From contig JBFPLN010000004.1 of assembly GCA_051971635.1 (NCBI GenBank), forward strand, positions 87,478-151,477: 64,000 bases of DNA, given 5' to 3'. The translations under genes were made by a program, and so were the position numbers. This DNA is from Candidatus Atelocyanobacterium thalassae (lineage in GTDB: Bacteria > Cyanobacteriota > Cyanobacteriia > Cyanobacteriales > Microcystaceae). The notes beneath the pieces were generated by a model that was given only the letters and a program-made list of their open reading frames with translations, searched no databases and had not been told where the DNA came from. This document shows positions 44,952 through 57,200 of the stretch, piece by piece; the stretch's first letter is position 1; every line of letters starts with the position of its first letter.

Positions 44952-45218
44952 ATGTATTCTACTCTTATGCTAGTAGCTACAATTCCTACTACTGTGGAAT
45001 GGAGTCCAAAAGTAGCATCTATAATGATTGCTTGTAATATTTTAGCCATAGCAATAACTAAGTTAGTTATTGGTGAGTCTAGTAAAGAAACACGGTTACC
45101 TCAATTTTCAGAAATGTTTGGCCATCTTAATATTGGTGCAATCTTAGGAGCAACAAGTCTTGGCCATATTATAGGCGTAGGCATGATTTTAGGGATTGCT
45201 AGTACAGGCATGTTATAG
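44952..45218 (+). CDS. psaK: Photosystem I subunit PsaK
   Basis: P.T.EWSPKVA.IMIACNILAI, LGATSLGHIIG.G.ILG; two TM helices. Confidence 0.92.
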   Translation: MYSTLMLVATIPTTVEWSPKVASIMIACNILAIAITKLVIGESSKETRLPQFSEMFGHLNIGAILGATSLGHIIGVGMILGIASTGML

Positions 45219-45250
45219 AGATATAAGCTTCTGATAACTGACACAGTACT

Positions 45251-45298
45251 AAGAGTGATATGGTTAAAAAAATATTTTTAATTACCTATCACTCTTTT
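45251..45298 (+). terminator. Intrinsic terminator after psaK
   Basis: AAGAGTGATA...TATCACTCTT stem followed by TT. Confidence 0.65.
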
Positions 45299-45512
45299 GC
45301 AAATTTTAATCAAAAATATTTTTCTTATTTAAATTCTATACATTAACAAAAAACCTAACAGATATGAAATAGCTACTAATCAATTACTTTTTACTAATAT
45401 AGTATAGTAATATCTACAAGTTAATTACATGTTATGGAAATAACCATCTAGTCAACATCAATAAATACTGAATATTTTAATTACTGCCTAGAATTTATAA
45501 CAACACTATAAA

Positions 45513-47879
45513 TTGAAAGATTATTCACAAAACCCATTAATTACTAACACTCAAACACTTGAAGAAAAATTAAATATTCTTTTAAATAACTTACGCTATG
45601 AGCAAAAACAATTAGCTTATTGGAAATCTGGTAAGATGGCTATTACAGCCGTTCCTGGAGCGGGAAAATCGCATAGTCTCGCTGTTACAGCCGCAATATT
45701 AATTGCTCGTAATAGTCTTGATATTAATAGGCAGTTAATTATTGTTACATACACTCGTTCAGCTGCCATAGCAATAGAAGCAAAAATAAAACAACATCTT
45801 ATAAATTTAGAATTTTCTCAAGATGGTTTTATGGTGAATACATTACATGGCTTGTCTCTTCAAATTATTAACCACCATCCTAATTATTCTAGATTAAATT
45901 TAACAAATTCAACTCTTATAAATCTCACCCCTAATCATAAAATTATTGAGAGTTCAATTGATAAATGGATTGACAATAATCCTTTACATTATGAAAAATT
46001 GTTACGAGGAACTCAAATTAATGAAGCTAAAACTGAACAGCTACGCCGTAAATCTATTTTAAGAAACGAAATATTCCCAAACTTTGCATACACAATCATT
46101 CGAGAAATAAAAAGTTCTGGGCTAACTCTAGAAGAACTTAAAAGATTTCATGATCATAAACATAATAATTATCAGACTCTATTATTAGCTTTCACACTCT
46201 ATGAAGAATACCAGACAATTATGAAATCTTTTGATTTCATTGATTATGACGATATGCTTTACGAAGCAATAAATATTTTGGAAGAACCTGATATTAGAGA
46301 AATTTGGCAACAAAAAGTTTTTGCTGTTTTTGAGGATGAAGCACAAGATTCTAGCCCCCTACAGGAGAAATTGATTACTATTCTTGCTGGTGATGATGGT
46401 AATCCAACTTTTGAACCTAACTTAGTAAAAGTTGGTGATCCCAACCAAGCAATAAATTCTACATTTACTGCTGCTGATCCAATCTACTTTAATTGGTTTT
46501 GTGAAATATGTAAAAAAAACAAAACTTTAGTACAGATGAGTCAAGCGGGGCGCAGTAATATAGATATTATAAATACTGCTAATTTTGCTTTAAAGTGGAT
46601 GAGGGATGAATGGATCAAAAAACAACAAAGTATTACGAATAATTTTTTAGATTCTTCTCAAGTACAAATAGTAGAAAAAAATATTCCTTTTTATCTACAA
46701 GAAATTAAATTAGTTAATCAGGATGATCCTCAAATTAATGCCAATCCTCAATCTTCTAATCCCGGATTGGAAATTCATATTCCTCAGGATATTCGTCATA
46801 GTATTAAATTAATACGCCAAAAAATTATTACACTTTTAGATAAAAACCGTAATCAAAGTGTAGCAATTTTAGTTAGAGAAAATCGTCAAGGCCATTTTGT
46901 AGCTCAAAGTTTAAAAGATTTTCCTGAGAAATATAATATTGCAGTTTATGAAGTAGGAGCACAAAATCAGTTTTCGCAAATACCAAAAGACATTTTAACT
47001 TTATTAAAGTTTATGGATCGACCACATTCTTCTAATTATTTACGAAATTCTTTGGAAGTGTTAGAAAAATATAATCTAATTTTCAAACAAAATTGGGATA
47101 AGGTAACAATAAATCCTGAAGATTTTTTATATCCTACATCTCTTCTGTCTGAACCTGAAAAATCTATTATACAAGCTCGTAATTATTGTCGTAGTTTACT
47201 CAAAGCTAAATCAGAGCTCCCTAACTACTATCTTATAGCTTTTTTAGGAGCAATTCTAAAATACGAAAGTACAGAATTAGCAAGCGTTCAAAAATTATCT
47301 GATATGATTTATGGTGAACTCAATGAAGCAGTAACTTTAAAAAACATTATTAGTACTTTAGAAAAAATTATTGATTTAGAACAATTCGAAGAAATTAGAG
47401 AAGGCAATGAACAACTATATATTAGATCTAACCAAGTTACTATTATGACTATGCATAAGTCAAAAGGTCTAGACTGGAACTATGTTTTTTTGCCTTTTCT
47501 TCATGAAGAATTTTTATCTGGTGAAATTAGAATTTCTTTTACTTCGAAGTTTTTAGGAAATTTTTCTTTAGCAGAAATAGCCCGTACTCAAATTCGAGCC
47601 TTATCTCATGAAAAATATTTAAACTGTAAAGATAATACCTCTACCGCTAAAATAGAACAAACATGGGAACAAGCAAAATTACTAAAGAAGGCAGAAGAGC
47701 ATAGATTAATCTATGTCGCGATAACTCGTGCAAAAAATATTTTGTGGATATCTGCAGCCAAGAAAGGACCTTCCTATTGGAGAAATATTCAAGAAAACTT
47801 ATCATTTAAAACTAAAGCTCCATGTTTAATTTTTTCAGCATTAGTGAATAAATTTCCACAGTTTGTAACTAAATATTAA
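45513..47879 (+). CDS. UvrD/REP-family ATP-dependent helicase
   Basis: AVPGAGKS, TYTRSAA, TLHGL, DEAQD, VGDPNQAI, MTMHKSKGLDW, RLIYVAITRAK. Confidence 0.9.
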   Translation: MKDYSQNPLITNTQTLEEKLNILLNNLRYEQKQLAYWKSGKMAITAVPGAGKSHSLAVTAAILIARNSLDINRQLIIVTYTRSAAIAIEAKIKQHLINLEFSQDGFMVNTLHGLSLQIINHHPNYSRLNLTNSTLINLTPNHKIIESSIDKWIDNNPLHYEKLLRGTQINEAKTEQLRRKSILRNEIFPNFAYTIIREIKSSGLTLEELKRFHDHKHNNYQTLLLAFTLYEEYQTIMKSFDFIDYDDMLYEAINILEEPDIREIWQQKVFAVFEDEAQDSSPLQEKLITILAGDDGNPTFEPNLVKVGDPNQAINSTFTAADPIYFNWFCEICKKNKTLVQMSQAGRSNIDIINTANFALKWMRDEWIKKQQSITNNFLDSSQVQIVEKNIPFYLQEIKLVNQDDPQINANPQSSNPGLEIHIPQDIRHSIKLIRQKIITLLDKNRNQSVAILVRENRQGHFVAQSLKDFPEKYNIAVYEVGAQNQFSQIPKDILTLLKFMDRPHSSNYLRNSLEVLEKYNLIFKQNWDKVTINPEDFLYPTSLLSEPEKSIIQARNYCRSLLKAKSELPNYYLIAFLGAILKYESTELASVQKLSDMIYGELNEAVTLKNIISTLEKIIDLEQFEEIREGNEQLYIRSNQVTIMTMHKSKGLDWNYVFLPFLHEEFLSGEIRISFTSKFLGNFSLAEIARTQIRALSHEKYLNCKDNTSTAKIEQTWEQAKLLKKAEEHRLIYVAITRAKNILWISAAKKGPSYWRNIQENLSFKTKAPCLIFSALVNKFPQFVTKY

Positions 47880-48045
47880 AGATACAGACTTAGTAATATC
47901 TAAATTACTAACATATAATAGCTCTAGATATACTTAAGAATCAGTAATATTGACTGAACGAAAGTATTTTTAAATAGTTTCTAAAATGTAGATATGTTGA
48001 ACTATGGAAACTTCAAATATAATAAACAAATTTCTCAGTTAGTCT

Positions 48046-49357
48046 ATGAATATAAATATTTGCACTTTAAAGCATATTTTAAAAAAAAAAATTATTTGAG
48101 AATGATCTAACTTTCGAACTTGTTGCTATTCTCAGCATTTATTTTATTCAAGGGGTTATGAATTTAGCTCGCTTAGCAATAAGTTTTTTCCTTAAAGATT
48201 ATCTTTCTCTTAATCCATCGCAGATGAGTTTTATCATAGGCATTTCTACTATTCCTTGGGTAATAAAACCACTTTTTGGATTTTTTTCTGATAGTTTCCC
48301 ACTATTTAATTATCGCCGTCGCTCATACTTAATACTTTCAGGTTTATTAGGAAGCTTAGCTTGGAATTTTTTAGCAACAATTAATAGTAATATTTTATTA
48401 GCAACCATTATTATTACTTTAATTTCTGTATCTACAGCAATTGCTGACGTCATTGTTGATTCATTAATTGTAGAAAAAGCTCGAGAAAAATGTTTAGAAA
48501 AGGTAGCAGCACTTCAATCTCTTACCTGGGGAACTGTTGCATTTGGTAGTCTTGTTACATCTTATCTAAGTGGTTGGTTACTAGAAGAATTTAGTAGTAA
48601 AACAATTTTTAGGATTACATCTATCTTCCCTCTTATCATTTGTATAATAGCTTTATTAATTGTAGAAGAAAAAGTTAATAACCATGTAAATAGTATTAAA
48701 CATAATAGTTTTTTAATAAAGAGGCAAATAAAACAGATATTGACAGTTATTAAACAAAGATCAATTTTATTACCGACTCTTTTTATTTGTTTTTGGCAAT
48801 CTACCCCTAATACAGAATCAGCTTTTTTCTATTTTATTACTAATGAATTAGAATTTAAAGCAGAGCTCTTAGGGAGAATTCGTTTAGCGACAAGTATTGC
48901 AGCCTTGTTAGGAATTTTTATATATCAAAAGTTATTAATAAATATTTCTTTTAGAAAAATTTTAAAATATAGTATTATTACTTCTTCAATATTGGGAATG
49001 AGTATGCTGCTACTGGCGACTCATATTAATAGGAAGCTGGGTATTAATGATTATTGGTTTACTTTAGGAGATAGTATTATTGAAGCTGTTATAGGAAAAA
49101 TAGCTTTTATACCTGTGTTAACTTTATCAGCTAAAATATGTCCAAAAGGTATTGAAGCAACTCTTTTTGCTCTCCTAATGTCACTAATTAATTTTTCTAG
49201 TATTTTATCTAATGAATTAGGGGCATTCTTAACTTATATTTTAGGAATTACAGAAATAAATTTTGACAAATTTTGGATATTAATTATAGTAGCTAATTTG
49301 TCCACACTTGTACCTTTATTTATTATTAACTGGTTACCACATAAGATAGAAAATTAG
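48046..49357 (+). pseudogene. Folate/biopterin (FBT/BT1) MFS transporter with a frameshift in an A11 run (48081-48091); main ORF 48158-49357
   Basis: PWVIKPLFGFFSD..PLF.YRRRSY, ICPKGIEATLFALLMS. The main frame continues upstream as LFENDLTFELVAILSIYFIQGV to a TAA at 48080; ATG 48046 joins it if one A is removed. Confidence 0.75.
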
Positions 49358-49530
49358 CATTGATAAAACAATTATTTCATTAAATATTATTTAAATATTT
49401 ATTTTTCATTTATGGTAACTTCGAATATTGTATCTTTCTATTTAAAATATATAAAAATAGCTCAATATCTGTATTAAAAATAATACTTAATTATAATTCA
49501 TAAAATTCAAAAGTTATATTTAATCAAGGA

Positions 49531-50901
<1,371 letters not shown>

Positions 50902-50929
50902 ATAGTTTTACTATTATTTATATACCTCT

Positions 50930-52174
50930 TTATTTTTTGGATAAGATAGGTTGTTTTCCTAATAGTCCAGTCATCAATCGCAAAATATTATTTTTTAAAA
51001 GGGGGATGTAGTTAATCATTATTAAACTAAAGCGACGAATTAATACTAGAAGAAAATAATTGTTAGAAAAGAGACGATCTAGGAAATCGGTAAAGCCTAA
51101 TATTATCCAATTTTCTTTTCGCCTCCATGATTCATATTTTTTTAATAGCTTTTGACTACCTATATCTTCACCTTTTTTCCACGCTGTCTCTAAAATTTCT
51201 GCTAAAACTGCCACATCTTTTATCCCTAAATTTAATCCTTGTCCTCCAACAGGATGACAGCAGTGAGCAGCATCCCCAACTAGTGCTAGTCGAGGTTGAA
51301 TATAATTTTTACTCTGCATTAACTGAACAGGGAATAAAGCCCGGTTGTTTGCCAAAGTAATGGAACCTAATGACTTTGGTATATATTTTTTTAATTTTAT
51401 TAAAAATTCTGTATCTTCTAGATCGTGAAGAGCTTTAGCTTGGGCATGAGGGAGAGTCCAAACAATCTGGCATCGATTATTTGGTAAAGGTAAAATGGCT
51501 AGAGGCCCGGTACACCAAAATCTTTCAAATGCTATATCATTACGAGGAGCCTGATGTTTAATAATAAATGTAAGGCATGATTGCCAGTATTTCCAGCCTT
51601 GAGTTCTAATTTTTGCAGATGAACGAACAAAAGAAAGTGGTCCATCAGCACCTACTACTAATTTAGTATGCAGCTTGCATATCGTACCATCTCTTTCTAT
51701 ATTTACTATAGATTTTGACTTTTCAGTTTCTAATTTTATAACCTTAGCAGGAGACAAAAACTGAATATTCGAGTATTTTGCAGTTTCATTTTGCAAGATA
51801 TCTAAGATCACTTTATGTTCACCTACGTATCCCAAATAGTCTGTATTTAAGTCTTTTGATTTAAATTTCACTATTTTTGAAAAATCAGCATCTGAAAGAC
51901 AAATATAACGAAACTTACTAATTTCAGGTAATATTTTTGACCAAACACCAATACCATTAAAAATCCTGCCAGATAGCAGAGAAAGAGCATATGCTCTTTC
52001 TCTGCAAGTAACTTTTTCTAAAGTTTGTGACTCAATGATTTTAATTCTCAATCCTGATTCTTTCAGAGCTAAAGCTAAGGCTGTACCTGCAATGCCTCCT
52101 CCAACTATAGCAAGATCGCACTCTAAGTAACTAGTAGAATCTAAGTGATTCAATGTTGCTGGTTGTAAAGTCAT
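50930..52174 (-). CDS. UbiH/COQ6-family FAD-dependent hydroxylase
   Basis: IVGGGIAG, VGADG..S.VR, LVGDAAH.CHPVGGQGLNLG. Confidence 0.88.
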   Translation of the reverse strand: MTLQPATLNHLDSTSYLECDLAIVGGGIAGTALALALKESGLRIKIIESQTLEKVTCRERAYALSLLSGRIFNGIGVWSKILPEISKFRYICLSDADFSKIVKFKSKDLNTDYLGYVGEHKVILDILQNETAKYSNIQFLSPAKVIKLETEKSKSIVNIERDGTICKLHTKLVVGADGPLSFVRSSAKIRTQGWKYWQSCLTFIIKHQAPRNDIAFERFWCTGPLAILPLPNNRCQIVWTLPHAQAKALHDLEDTEFLIKLKKYIPKSLGSITLANNRALFPVQLMQSKNYIQPRLALVGDAAHCCHPVGGQGLNLGIKDVAVLAEILETAWKKGEDIGSQKLLKKYESWRRKENWIILGFTDFLDRLFSNNYFLLVLIRRFSLIMINYIPLLKNNILRLMTGLLGKQPILSKK

Positions 52175-52321
52175 ACTAATTTTCGTAAAAATAATAGTAA
52201 GTGTCTACTATTTATTGTGACCTGAGTCTTGACAAGGTGCAAGAGATAAATCATCTATTTTGTATGTTAAATACTTTTAATAGATAACTTCATAACGTAT
52301 TGTGGACGATATGACTATATA

Positions 52322-54946
52322 TTAAGTTAATAATAATATTTGCCTATGGATTTTTAGTAGACTAATTTTTTGTCTTGATATTTTTTCTAACATTGAGACA
52401 ATATCCTTAGGAGACAACATAACTCCGTCATCCTCGCAACTACTAGTAAACGAAATAATAACTACTTCATTTTCACAAGAGTCTAATTGTAAAGAAATAA
52501 TTTGATTCCTTAGATTAATAATCTTAAGTTTTCCTGATTTCGTCGTCTTTTCCCAATTGATTTCTTGTTTTATTAAAATACTATCAATCCAACTTTCCCA
52601 GACTTTTTTAGGTATTATATGCTTTACCTCAAATTTTATGAGATATTCTGATCCTGCTAATAACTGAGTAGTTGATTTGGAATTAGTCTTGATTTCTTCA
52701 ATGCTATAAAGCGGTAAATTTTTAGGTAGGCTATTTTGCAATATAGAACAAAAACGATTGACATTTAGCGTCTCAGTTAGTTCAAAATCAATAATTTCTC
52801 CGTTACTTGTTACACCCAAAGTAAGCGCATTAGCAATAGAAAATCTAGGTCCAGGATGGTACCCGCCAGTAAAAGAGATAGGTAAAGCCGTACGCCTTAG
52901 TACTCTATCAAATAAACGTATTAGATCAAGATGGCTTAGTAAAGATATTTCATTTATCTTTCCAAAATAAACACGCAATCTTTGAATTCTAGTACTATTA
53001 ACCTGAAAATAACCATTAAAGTTAGGAACAGGAGGTGGGGGGATTACAATATTGTGACCAAAATTTAAACCGCACACTCCACAATGAGAACACTTTTCAA
53101 AAGCACAATCAGGAATTAACACTTCTTCCAAAGCTCGCTCTAGATCTTTCCATAGCCATTTTTTACTAATACCAGTATCTATATGGTCCCATGGTAAAGG
53201 TGCATCACATAGCTTATATTGTTTAGTTATATTTTGAATCTCGCTAAATATATTCCACTCTCCTTTTTCTATTCGACGATATTCCCAATTCAGTCCTGAT
53301 TCTTTAATAGATTTCTCCCAAGATAGATAAGCCTTTTCGGCATTTTCCCACCATGAGTCCATTCCAGCTCCTAACTCCCAAGCACGTTTAATAACTTTAG
53401 ATAATTTTCTATCACCTCTTCCAATAAAGTCTTCCATTCTTGAAATTCTCAAATCAGTATAATTAACCTTGATACCCTTTTGAGATTTGAATGCCTCTCT
53501 CAGTAATTCTTGCTTATTTTTAAATTCTGAGTTAGATACTGAGTGCCACTGAAAAGGAGTATGAGGTTTAGGAGTAAAATTAGATATGGTAATCGTAAAG
53601 CTTAATGGCTTTCTATTTTTTTTTTGACATTCTTGACGTAACCATTGAACAGTTTCTACAATACCAAGGACATCTTGATCTGTTTCTCCTGGTAAACCAA
53701 TCATAAAATAAAGTTTTATCTTATCCCATCCTTCTTCAACTGCTGTACTTATTCCTCGCAAAAGTTCTTCATTCGTTAATCCTTTGTTTATTACATCGCG
53801 CATTCTTTGAGTCCCTGCCTCAGGGGCAAAAGTTAGGCCAGATTTACGATTTCCTCCAATAATATTGGCGATATTTTTATCGAATCTGTCGACTCTTTGG
53901 CTAGGAAGAGATAAAGTAATATTATATTTTTGAAGTCGATTTTTAATCTCTATACCAACACTTGGAAGAGCCAAATAGTCAGAACAGCTTAAGGATAGTA
54001 GTGAAAATTCGTTATATCCAGTTTCTCTAATACCTCGTTCAATAGTCTCAATAATTTCTCGAGGTTCAACATCTCGTGCTGGACGCGTCAACATTCCTGG
54101 CTGACAAAATCGACATCCGCGCGTGCATCCACGTCTTATCTCTACTACTAGACGATCATGTATAGTTTCAATAAAAGGTACTAATCCTACACTATAAGAA
54201 GGCATAGGATGAGCAACGCGACGTAGAATTTTTGGATAAATATCTGGACGATTTGGTATAACTTGACCAGTTTTTTTTACATTATAAAAACGAGGGACGT
54301 ATACACCTGGTATTTTAGATAAGTCTAATAATAACTCTTGTTTGTTAAGTAAGTTAGCCTTTCCCTTTTCAACAACTAAACCTATCTCTGATAAAAGTTC
54401 TTCTCCATCTCCTAAAGCTAAAAAGTCAAAAAAATCAGCGAAAGGTTCAGGATTAGATGTAGCGGTTTGTCCTCCAGCAAAAATTAAGGGATAATCCCAA
54501 TTTTTTTTTGAATTGTTATTTAAGTTTTTTCTCGAATGCTCTCTTTCTTCCCAGGTCAAAGGAATTCCTGATAAATCAAGCATTTCCAAAATGTTTGTTA
54601 TTCCAAGTTCATAGCTAAGGTTAAATCCAAGAATATCAAAGTCTATGAGTGAATGACGAGATTCTAATCCAAATAGTAAGGTATTAGTCTCTCTTAATCT
54701 CGCAGCTAAGTCTGGAGCAGGTAAATAGGCGCGATCACATAATTGGCGAGATTGAGTATTTAAAATATTGTATAAGATAATATGGCCTAAATTAGATGCT
54801 CCTAATTCATAAACTTCTGGGTAAGTGAGTACCCAACGAACATTCACACTATTCCAAGGTTTATGCTTAGCACCTAATTCATTACCAAGATACCGAGCTG
54901 GTTTAGCAATATTTAGAGTAATAAGTTCTTCAATATCGATTATCAT
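52322..54946 (-). CDS. TIGR03960-type radical SAM protein fused to a DUF2344/TIGR03936-like C-domain
   Basis: KPARYLGNE, YPEVYE.G.SNLG, RGCTRGCRFCQ, FAPEAGTQRMR, SHLDLIRLFDR..RR..LPISFTGGYHP. Confidence 0.88.
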   Translation of the reverse strand: MIIDIEELITLNIAKPARYLGNELGAKHKPWNSVNVRWVLTYPEVYELGASNLGHIILYNILNTQSRQLCDRAYLPAPDLAARLRETNTLLFGLESRHSLIDFDILGFNLSYELGITNILEMLDLSGIPLTWEEREHSRKNLNNNSKKNWDYPLIFAGGQTATSNPEPFADFFDFLALGDGEELLSEIGLVVEKGKANLLNKQELLLDLSKIPGVYVPRFYNVKKTGQVIPNRPDIYPKILRRVAHPMPSYSVGLVPFIETIHDRLVVEIRRGCTRGCRFCQPGMLTRPARDVEPREIIETIERGIRETGYNEFSLLSLSCSDYLALPSVGIEIKNRLQKYNITLSLPSQRVDRFDKNIANIIGGNRKSGLTFAPEAGTQRMRDVINKGLTNEELLRGISTAVEEGWDKIKLYFMIGLPGETDQDVLGIVETVQWLRQECQKKNRKPLSFTITISNFTPKPHTPFQWHSVSNSEFKNKQELLREAFKSQKGIKVNYTDLRISRMEDFIGRGDRKLSKVIKRAWELGAGMDSWWENAEKAYLSWEKSIKESGLNWEYRRIEKGEWNIFSEIQNITKQYKLCDAPLPWDHIDTGISKKWLWKDLERALEEVLIPDCAFEKCSHCGVCGLNFGHNIVIPPPPVPNFNGYFQVNSTRIQRLRVYFGKINEISLLSHLDLIRLFDRVLRRTALPISFTGGYHPGPRFSIANALTLGVTSNGEIIDFELTETLNVNRFCSILQNSLPKNLPLYSIEEIKTNSKSTTQLLAGSEYLIKFEVKHIIPKKVWESWIDSILIKQEINWEKTTKSGKLKIINLRNQIISLQLDSCENEVVIISFTSSCEDDGVMLSPKDIVSMLEKISRQKISLLKIHRQILLLT

Positions 54947-55046
54947 AAATAAATTTCTGGTATTCTTTTTTAATGTTCCTTAATTTTTTTAATATATGGA
55001 AAGTATGAAGAAATAAATTAAAAGATGTAAAACAGTTTTTCGATAT

Positions 55047-55406
55047 TTATACAATTAACTTTTCACTGCTGCTTATTTCATGTATATATGCTTGGCGATT
55101 ATCATAAATCTCTAAGGCTTGGTCTAATTGAGTTAGTTCAAAAATAATACGTACTGAAGGAGATAAAGAACAAACACTTAATTTTTTGTTAATACGTTGA
55201 GCAAGTCGAAAAGCTGATACGATAGCTATTAACCCTGTACTATCTATAAAGTCAACTTGTCTCATATCTACTAAAATTTTTTTACAAACATTATTACTTA
55301 CAAAACTTTTTAATTCTTTTTGGAAATCACTAACATTGTTAGAAGTAATGTAGCCATTAGGTTCAAAAGTGGCTATGCCCAAATGAATTAAATGGTTTTC
55401 TATCAT
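55047..55406 (-). CDS. STAS-domain anti-sigma factor antagonist
   Basis: LVDM.QVDFIDSTGL, VRIIFELTQLD. Confidence 0.88.
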   Translation of the reverse strand: MIENHLIHLGIATFEPNGYITSNNVSDFQKELKSFVSNNVCKKILVDMRQVDFIDSTGLIAIVSAFRLAQRINKKLSVCSLSPSVRIIFELTQLDQALEIYDNRQAYIHEISSSEKLIV

Positions 55407-55912
55407 TGATATTTTTCCTCAAATCTAAAATTAATTTTACTATATTAATCAAATGATAAATGATTTTTTAAAATACACTCTTTTTTAAAAAATAAGCTAT
55501 TAGTTATAATTTTTAATATTATTTGCGCAGTCAAATATTTTTTAGTTAATATAACTAATTTTGATCTTTCAAAAATAAATATCAATAAAAATTGTTCCTA
55601 AGGTTCTTTTCAAAATTACTTTATCTATGGAAGTCAGTCTAACATCATATAGATTGTTTGTCATAAAAAAATAGTTTTCTTACTATTTTCTTTAAAGAAT
55701 TTGATTGTGCAAGTGTTAATTTATGTTTTCCAATATTACGAAATTAAAATTTGATGAGAAGTGACAACTGATATGACTATAGAGAGTATTTAATTCAATA
55801 TTTACATAGTTATAAATTAAAAGTGAGCTTTGATTTGGCTGATAATTTAAAATTCATAAAGCCAATAAACAATAATATTGTGTTTATCTAATAAAACATT
55901 TTGATAATTATT

Positions 55913-56455
55913 TTATGAATTTAAATATTTTTTTTGAATAATTTTTAATATTTTTTTAATTCGCAGATCTAGCGAAAATCCACGTTGAGCCTGAATTATG
56001 GCGGTGTTGCTAACCATATCATGTAAGGTTTGACTATATCGTTTTTGATTTCCTAATGCTGTACCAAAGTCTACAATTAGAGGAGTTATTAGAAGTAACA
56101 TTGAAAGTCCATTGTTGAAATTGATATTAAGTCCTAACATAGCTAATAAGGCTAAAGATCCTAGCGTAATTTCGCGTTTAAGCATTTCATCTAATCTGGG
56201 CATGCGTCCAAATCGAACACTTATAATTTTTAAATCAAATGCCCAGTTACCTAAACTTTGCCCTTTATTTTTATTGACTATAACTATTTGTAATATTAAC
56301 CATATAAGAATAAAAATAATTTTTTGAATAACTCCTTTAAAAAAAGAACTCAAAAACCATATCGTAATAAAATCTAGAAAAAATGCATATATTTGGCGAT
56401 CAAATGGTGCTTTTGAAAAATGATTATGTACTAATGATGAATGCTTAGAAGACAT
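55913..56455 (-). CDS. RDD family membrane protein
   Basis: AP..RQIYAFFLDF, GQSLG.W.FD.KI, Q.LHD. Confidence 0.8.
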   Translation of the reverse strand: MSSKHSSLVHNHFSKAPFDRQIYAFFLDFITIWFLSSFFKGVIQKIIFILIWLILQIVIVNKNKGQSLGNWAFDLKIISVRFGRMPRLDEMLKREITLGSLALLAMLGLNINFNNGLSMLLLITPLIVDFGTALGNQKRYSQTLHDMVSNTAIIQAQRGFSLDLRIKKILKIIQKKYLNS

Positions 56456-56709
56456 ATAATTCGTTATAAAGTAAAATTACTTTTATTTTTAATAGGTACT
56501 TTATTGTATCTAAGTTAATGAACAAATATATTTTGAGAAAATTTAATCTTTATATTTAGTACTATTTTTATCGAGCTGAAGTTTGTTCTTTATTTGATGT
56601 ATTAAAAGTATTGTTTAAGTAAGGTAAAAAAGCACCTATAATTTTATTTTTTATATAAAGAAGGTAGAGAAAAGTAATTATTAATCTCTTAGCATAAAGA
56701 GAACTAACC

Positions 56710-57195
56710 TTAACGAAATAGATTACTAAATAATTTTGGAGAAATATTTGTAATAAATAAGAAAAAAATACCAAGATTGATTGAGATATCAGCCAAATTA
56801 AATATTGGAAAATTAATTAAACGAAAATCCAAGAAATCTACCACATATCCAAAAAAGAATCTATCAATTCCATTGCCAAGGGCTCCTGCTAGTATAAAAC
56901 CATAACCTAATTGTTCTAGTATCTCCATTTTACCTCCAAATAAAGACAATCCTATTAATCCGATACTTACTCCTAGAGAAATCCAACGTAGCCATGTTAC
57001 TCCTCCTTCAAAAAAGCTAAAAGCAGTTCCATTATTTACAACATAAGTAAGATGAAAAATTTTAGGCAGCAAAGGAATCGTATCTCCAATTTCAACAAAT
57101 GATTTCATAACCCAGTATTTACTAAATTGATCTAACAGTAGATTACTAAAACCTATTAGCCAAAACCATACATTTTTTTTTACAATATTGTTCAT
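56710..57195 (-). CDS. lspA: Lipoprotein signal peptidase
   Basis: LDQFSKYW, N.GTAFS, GALGNGIDR, VVDFLD, FPIFNLAD. Confidence 0.95.
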   Translation of the reverse strand: MNNIVKKNVWFWLIGFSNLLLDQFSKYWVMKSFVEIGDTIPLLPKIFHLTYVVNNGTAFSFFEGGVTWLRWISLGVSIGLIGLSLFGGKMEILEQLGYGFILAGALGNGIDRFFFGYVVDFLDFRLINFPIFNLADISINLGIFFLFITNISPKLFSNLFR

Positions 57196-57200
57196 GTACA

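Noticed and set aside
56568..56774. 68-aa ORF overlapping the lspA 3' end
   Set aside because: Low-complexity AT-driven sequence with no family resemblance.
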